Source: Klebsormidium nitens (taxonomy: Eukaryota > Plantae > Klebsormidiophyceae). Taken from it: a DNA stretch of 64,000 nucleotides. A program made the position numbers and the translations under genes. The notes under the pieces were generated by a model, which did no database searches, was not told the DNA's origin, and was given only the letters and a program-made list of their open reading frames with translations. Below, piece after piece: positions 61,611-64,000 of the stretch. The stretch is from the NCBI GenBank assembly GCA_000708835.1, contig DF237468.1, positions 1 through 64,000 of the forward strand, written 5' to 3'. How positions within the stretch are numbered: position 1 is the stretch's first letter; each line of letters starts with the position of its first letter.

Positions 61611-63186
61611 CTAGGCACTACCAAAGTGGCGGCTAGTGGCCTGAAGCCCTTCCAATGCGGACGATACAGTGTCGTTGAAGAGGGCCGTCATTGACTCATC
61701 GAGAGCTCTCTTCGATTCCTCTGCCGCCTCCCGGGCAAACCTGTTGCCTTGCTCCGCTTGTATCTCCTCTTGGGGCCTCCAGTCCCCAATCTCGATGCAA
61801 GCGTCAGCTAGTTTGCGCGCGACATGCTCACTGTCTGCGACTCGCAGGAAGCCGGCCCGTTTGCCGGGGTTGTCTGGGAAAATGGCCTTGAAAGTGCGGA
61901 TGGTTTCCCCCGATTTTGGCTTGATAACGAAGTACTTGTCGGGCGCCTCGAGTGCAACATCAGGGAAGCCCACGCCGCGAAGCACCGCCTTTAACGGTTT
62001 TAGGAAGGCCTTCCTTCAGAAGCAGGCGCCCACTAGACTTCTCAACCGAGGCCCGAATTGCCACTGACAGAGTGTCATCCGCCTTCTTGCTGGGGCCTGT
62101 CGCTGCTTGCGGTCGCGGGGCCTGACTAGAGGAGGCCGCCCGGGGAGCAAGAGGGGTCGAGGCCGGCTCGCTTACAGTGGGGATGGAGACGCCGAAGGAA
62201 GGGTTAGGAGGAGAGGCGGCCGGGTTTCCTTGGGGCCCGGGGTTAGACTGAGGCAGGAACTGGGGGTTCCAAGGGCTAGCGAACGGCGGCTGCATGAAAG
62301 GCTGTTGAACCACGTTGTGGGGCTGAGAGACAGGGAGGCTGGCTAGCATGCTGCGAAGAGTGTCGGTTTTGTGGTCCAGGTTCGTCCCCGTCACTTTCAA
62401 CCCTTCCACCGCGCCCTTGACATCCATGAGGATGTTTCTGGCTTTGCGCAACGAGTCTGAGTCAGCCCGTGTCTTGCAGAGAACCTCCAGACTGTTAAGA
62501 GTCCCCTCGATTACGCTAAGTCGTCCGATCTCCGCCCAATTGTCGTACACAGGGGGCTGTGCTGCGACAGACGATGAGGGGGTTTCAAGGGGCCCGTTGA
62601 ACTTCAACTTCTGTAAGGCCTCCTCGATGAGCGTGCGTGCGCTTGCGGTGTAGATTTCTGCGAGGGCGCCTTTCAACGTGGCGTTCGACTCCGTGATTCC
62701 AAGGGCTGCCCAAAACTCTTCCCGCACCATTGCCCTCAGCTTCGTTTCGGTTTCTGCCATTAGGAACCCGTTCTCTTCTCGCACAATGCCCCTTACTCCT
62801 TCGCTATTAAGCACCGCGCGCTTGGGTTTCTTTTCGGGGGGTCCGTCTGGTTTCTGGACGGTTTTCTCCAACCCATCGAGGTCCCGACTCCTCTTGCCTG
62901 CATCCTCCTCCTCCCCAGAGACACCAAGGGCTGGCGTCTCGTCCGGGTTTTCAGGCTGGTTTTCGCCCTTCAGCAGCGCAGAGAGCTCTGAGCCGATGGG
63001 TGCGGGGGGCGTGTCCTTAAGCGCCTGGCTGTTTTCGGGTTCCCCTTGAGCTCCGGCTGGCGGGTCCTCAGCTCGGCTGGCCATCTTTGCAGGGTCCGGG
63101 GCTGGGCGGTTCCGGGCTGACCGTTGCTTTTTGTGACTGTTGCTGCTGCCACCTCCCCGCAGTTTGTTGCGAACGCTGCGGCCCAT
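61611..63186 (-). mobile_element. Retroelement ORF1-like gene (disordered N-terminus, coiled coil, Pro/Gln linker, RRM-like C-terminus) split by a +1 frameshift near 62010
   Basis: Intronless 408-aa ORF (63186-61960) overlaps a second frame (to 61611) containing RAGFLRVADSEHVARKL. It starts 37 nt after the LINE stop codon. Confidence 0.5.
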
Positions 63187-63223
63187 AAAAGAATCTGTGT
63201 CCAGAAAAACTCATGTTAGCGAC

Positions 63224-64000
63224 TTATTTCACAAGAGCAAGACGGTGAGCCGCAATATCAACAAGAAATGGACGGACAATGCTATCTATCAGCGCTTCTG
63301 CATTTTTGTGCCAACAGGGTTCTGTCCGGCCTAACAGGTATGCCATTTGAAGAGGAGGCAGTGCCAAGGTGATATCAGATAGCTCAGCAAGGAAGTCGGT
63401 TTCTAGCTGGGCTTTTAATTCACTAGCCAACTGTTTCCGATGACGAGAGAAGGCTTTGCAGTCAAGCAGAAAGTGTGTCTCGTAATCTTGACTTCCAGAT
63501 AAGCACAAGGTGCAGACTTTGCTAGCAGCAGTGTCACCGTGGAATATTCGTGACCGCAAGCCAAAGGATCTTGATCTAAGGTAGAATTTTACAGTGGTTG
63601 ACCATCTGTCGTGCCTAAAGATGTAAGGTTCTTGCCCGTATCTGGTCTTAATAAACTTGTAGTGCTTTCCAGATTCGGTACGATTCAGATTTTCTAACCA
63701 AAGGTGGCGGTCGAGAGTAAGGACTGCTGAGTGAACCTCTTTTTTCCACCGTGCTTTTGAAATGGCAGATGCACTTTGAGGATCTTGTATATGGGCTAGT
63801 TGAGTGTCTGTAAAGAGTTTGAATAATTCTGAGTGCCAAGACTTGTCGTCAATCCAGGGGGCGCCTGCAAGCGAGCATTTGGATTGGAAGTCTTGAAGAC
63901 GAGCAAGAAAAACTTTCTTGATGAGCCGGTGGTCTTCCAGTCGACAAATGTGACCAAAGAAGTTGAGCTTGGTCTCAGCAATGTAGGAGCATGCAGAGAG
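63224..64000 (-). mobile_element. Non-LTR retrotransposon (LINE) ORF2 C-terminus; continues beyond the window
   Basis: Stop-free for 258 codons from the window edge (the ORF track shows only the last 111). Post-RT motif KLNFFGHICRLEDHRLIKKVF and CCHC knuckle CTLC..ETHFLLDC. Confidence 0.85.

Overview
Eukaryotic, intron-rich nuclear DNA. PsaK, a flagellar kinesin-9, land-plant-like TM9/CMC1/complex I genes and TGCAG/GTGAG splice sites point to a streptophyte alga such as Klebsormidium (inference). Recognisable multi-exon genes: thiamine pyrophosphokinase (-), kinesin-9/KIF6-like (+), UBL-HECT E3 ligase of UPL5 type (-, one apparent frameshift), mitochondrial-type PNPase (+), PsaK (+), CMC1 (-, absent from the ORF track), TM9SF/EMP70 (+) and a small complex I subunit (-). 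An accessory region at ~13-28.5 kb holds four paralogues of an unrecognised membrane-protein gene with identical exon phases. It includes a head-to-head inverted pair and decayed copies of a kinesin exon at the 5' ends. Mobile DNA: a MITE at 1-384, a 103-bp hairpin, a dispersed intronic repeat, a possible GIY-YIG relic, and a stop-free LINE ORF2 C-terminus followed by an ORF1-like gene. The most unusual signal is in the PNPase gene, where at least six splice junctions are echoed as decayed tandem copies inside the adjacent introns. All gene models were read by eye; no database search was run.
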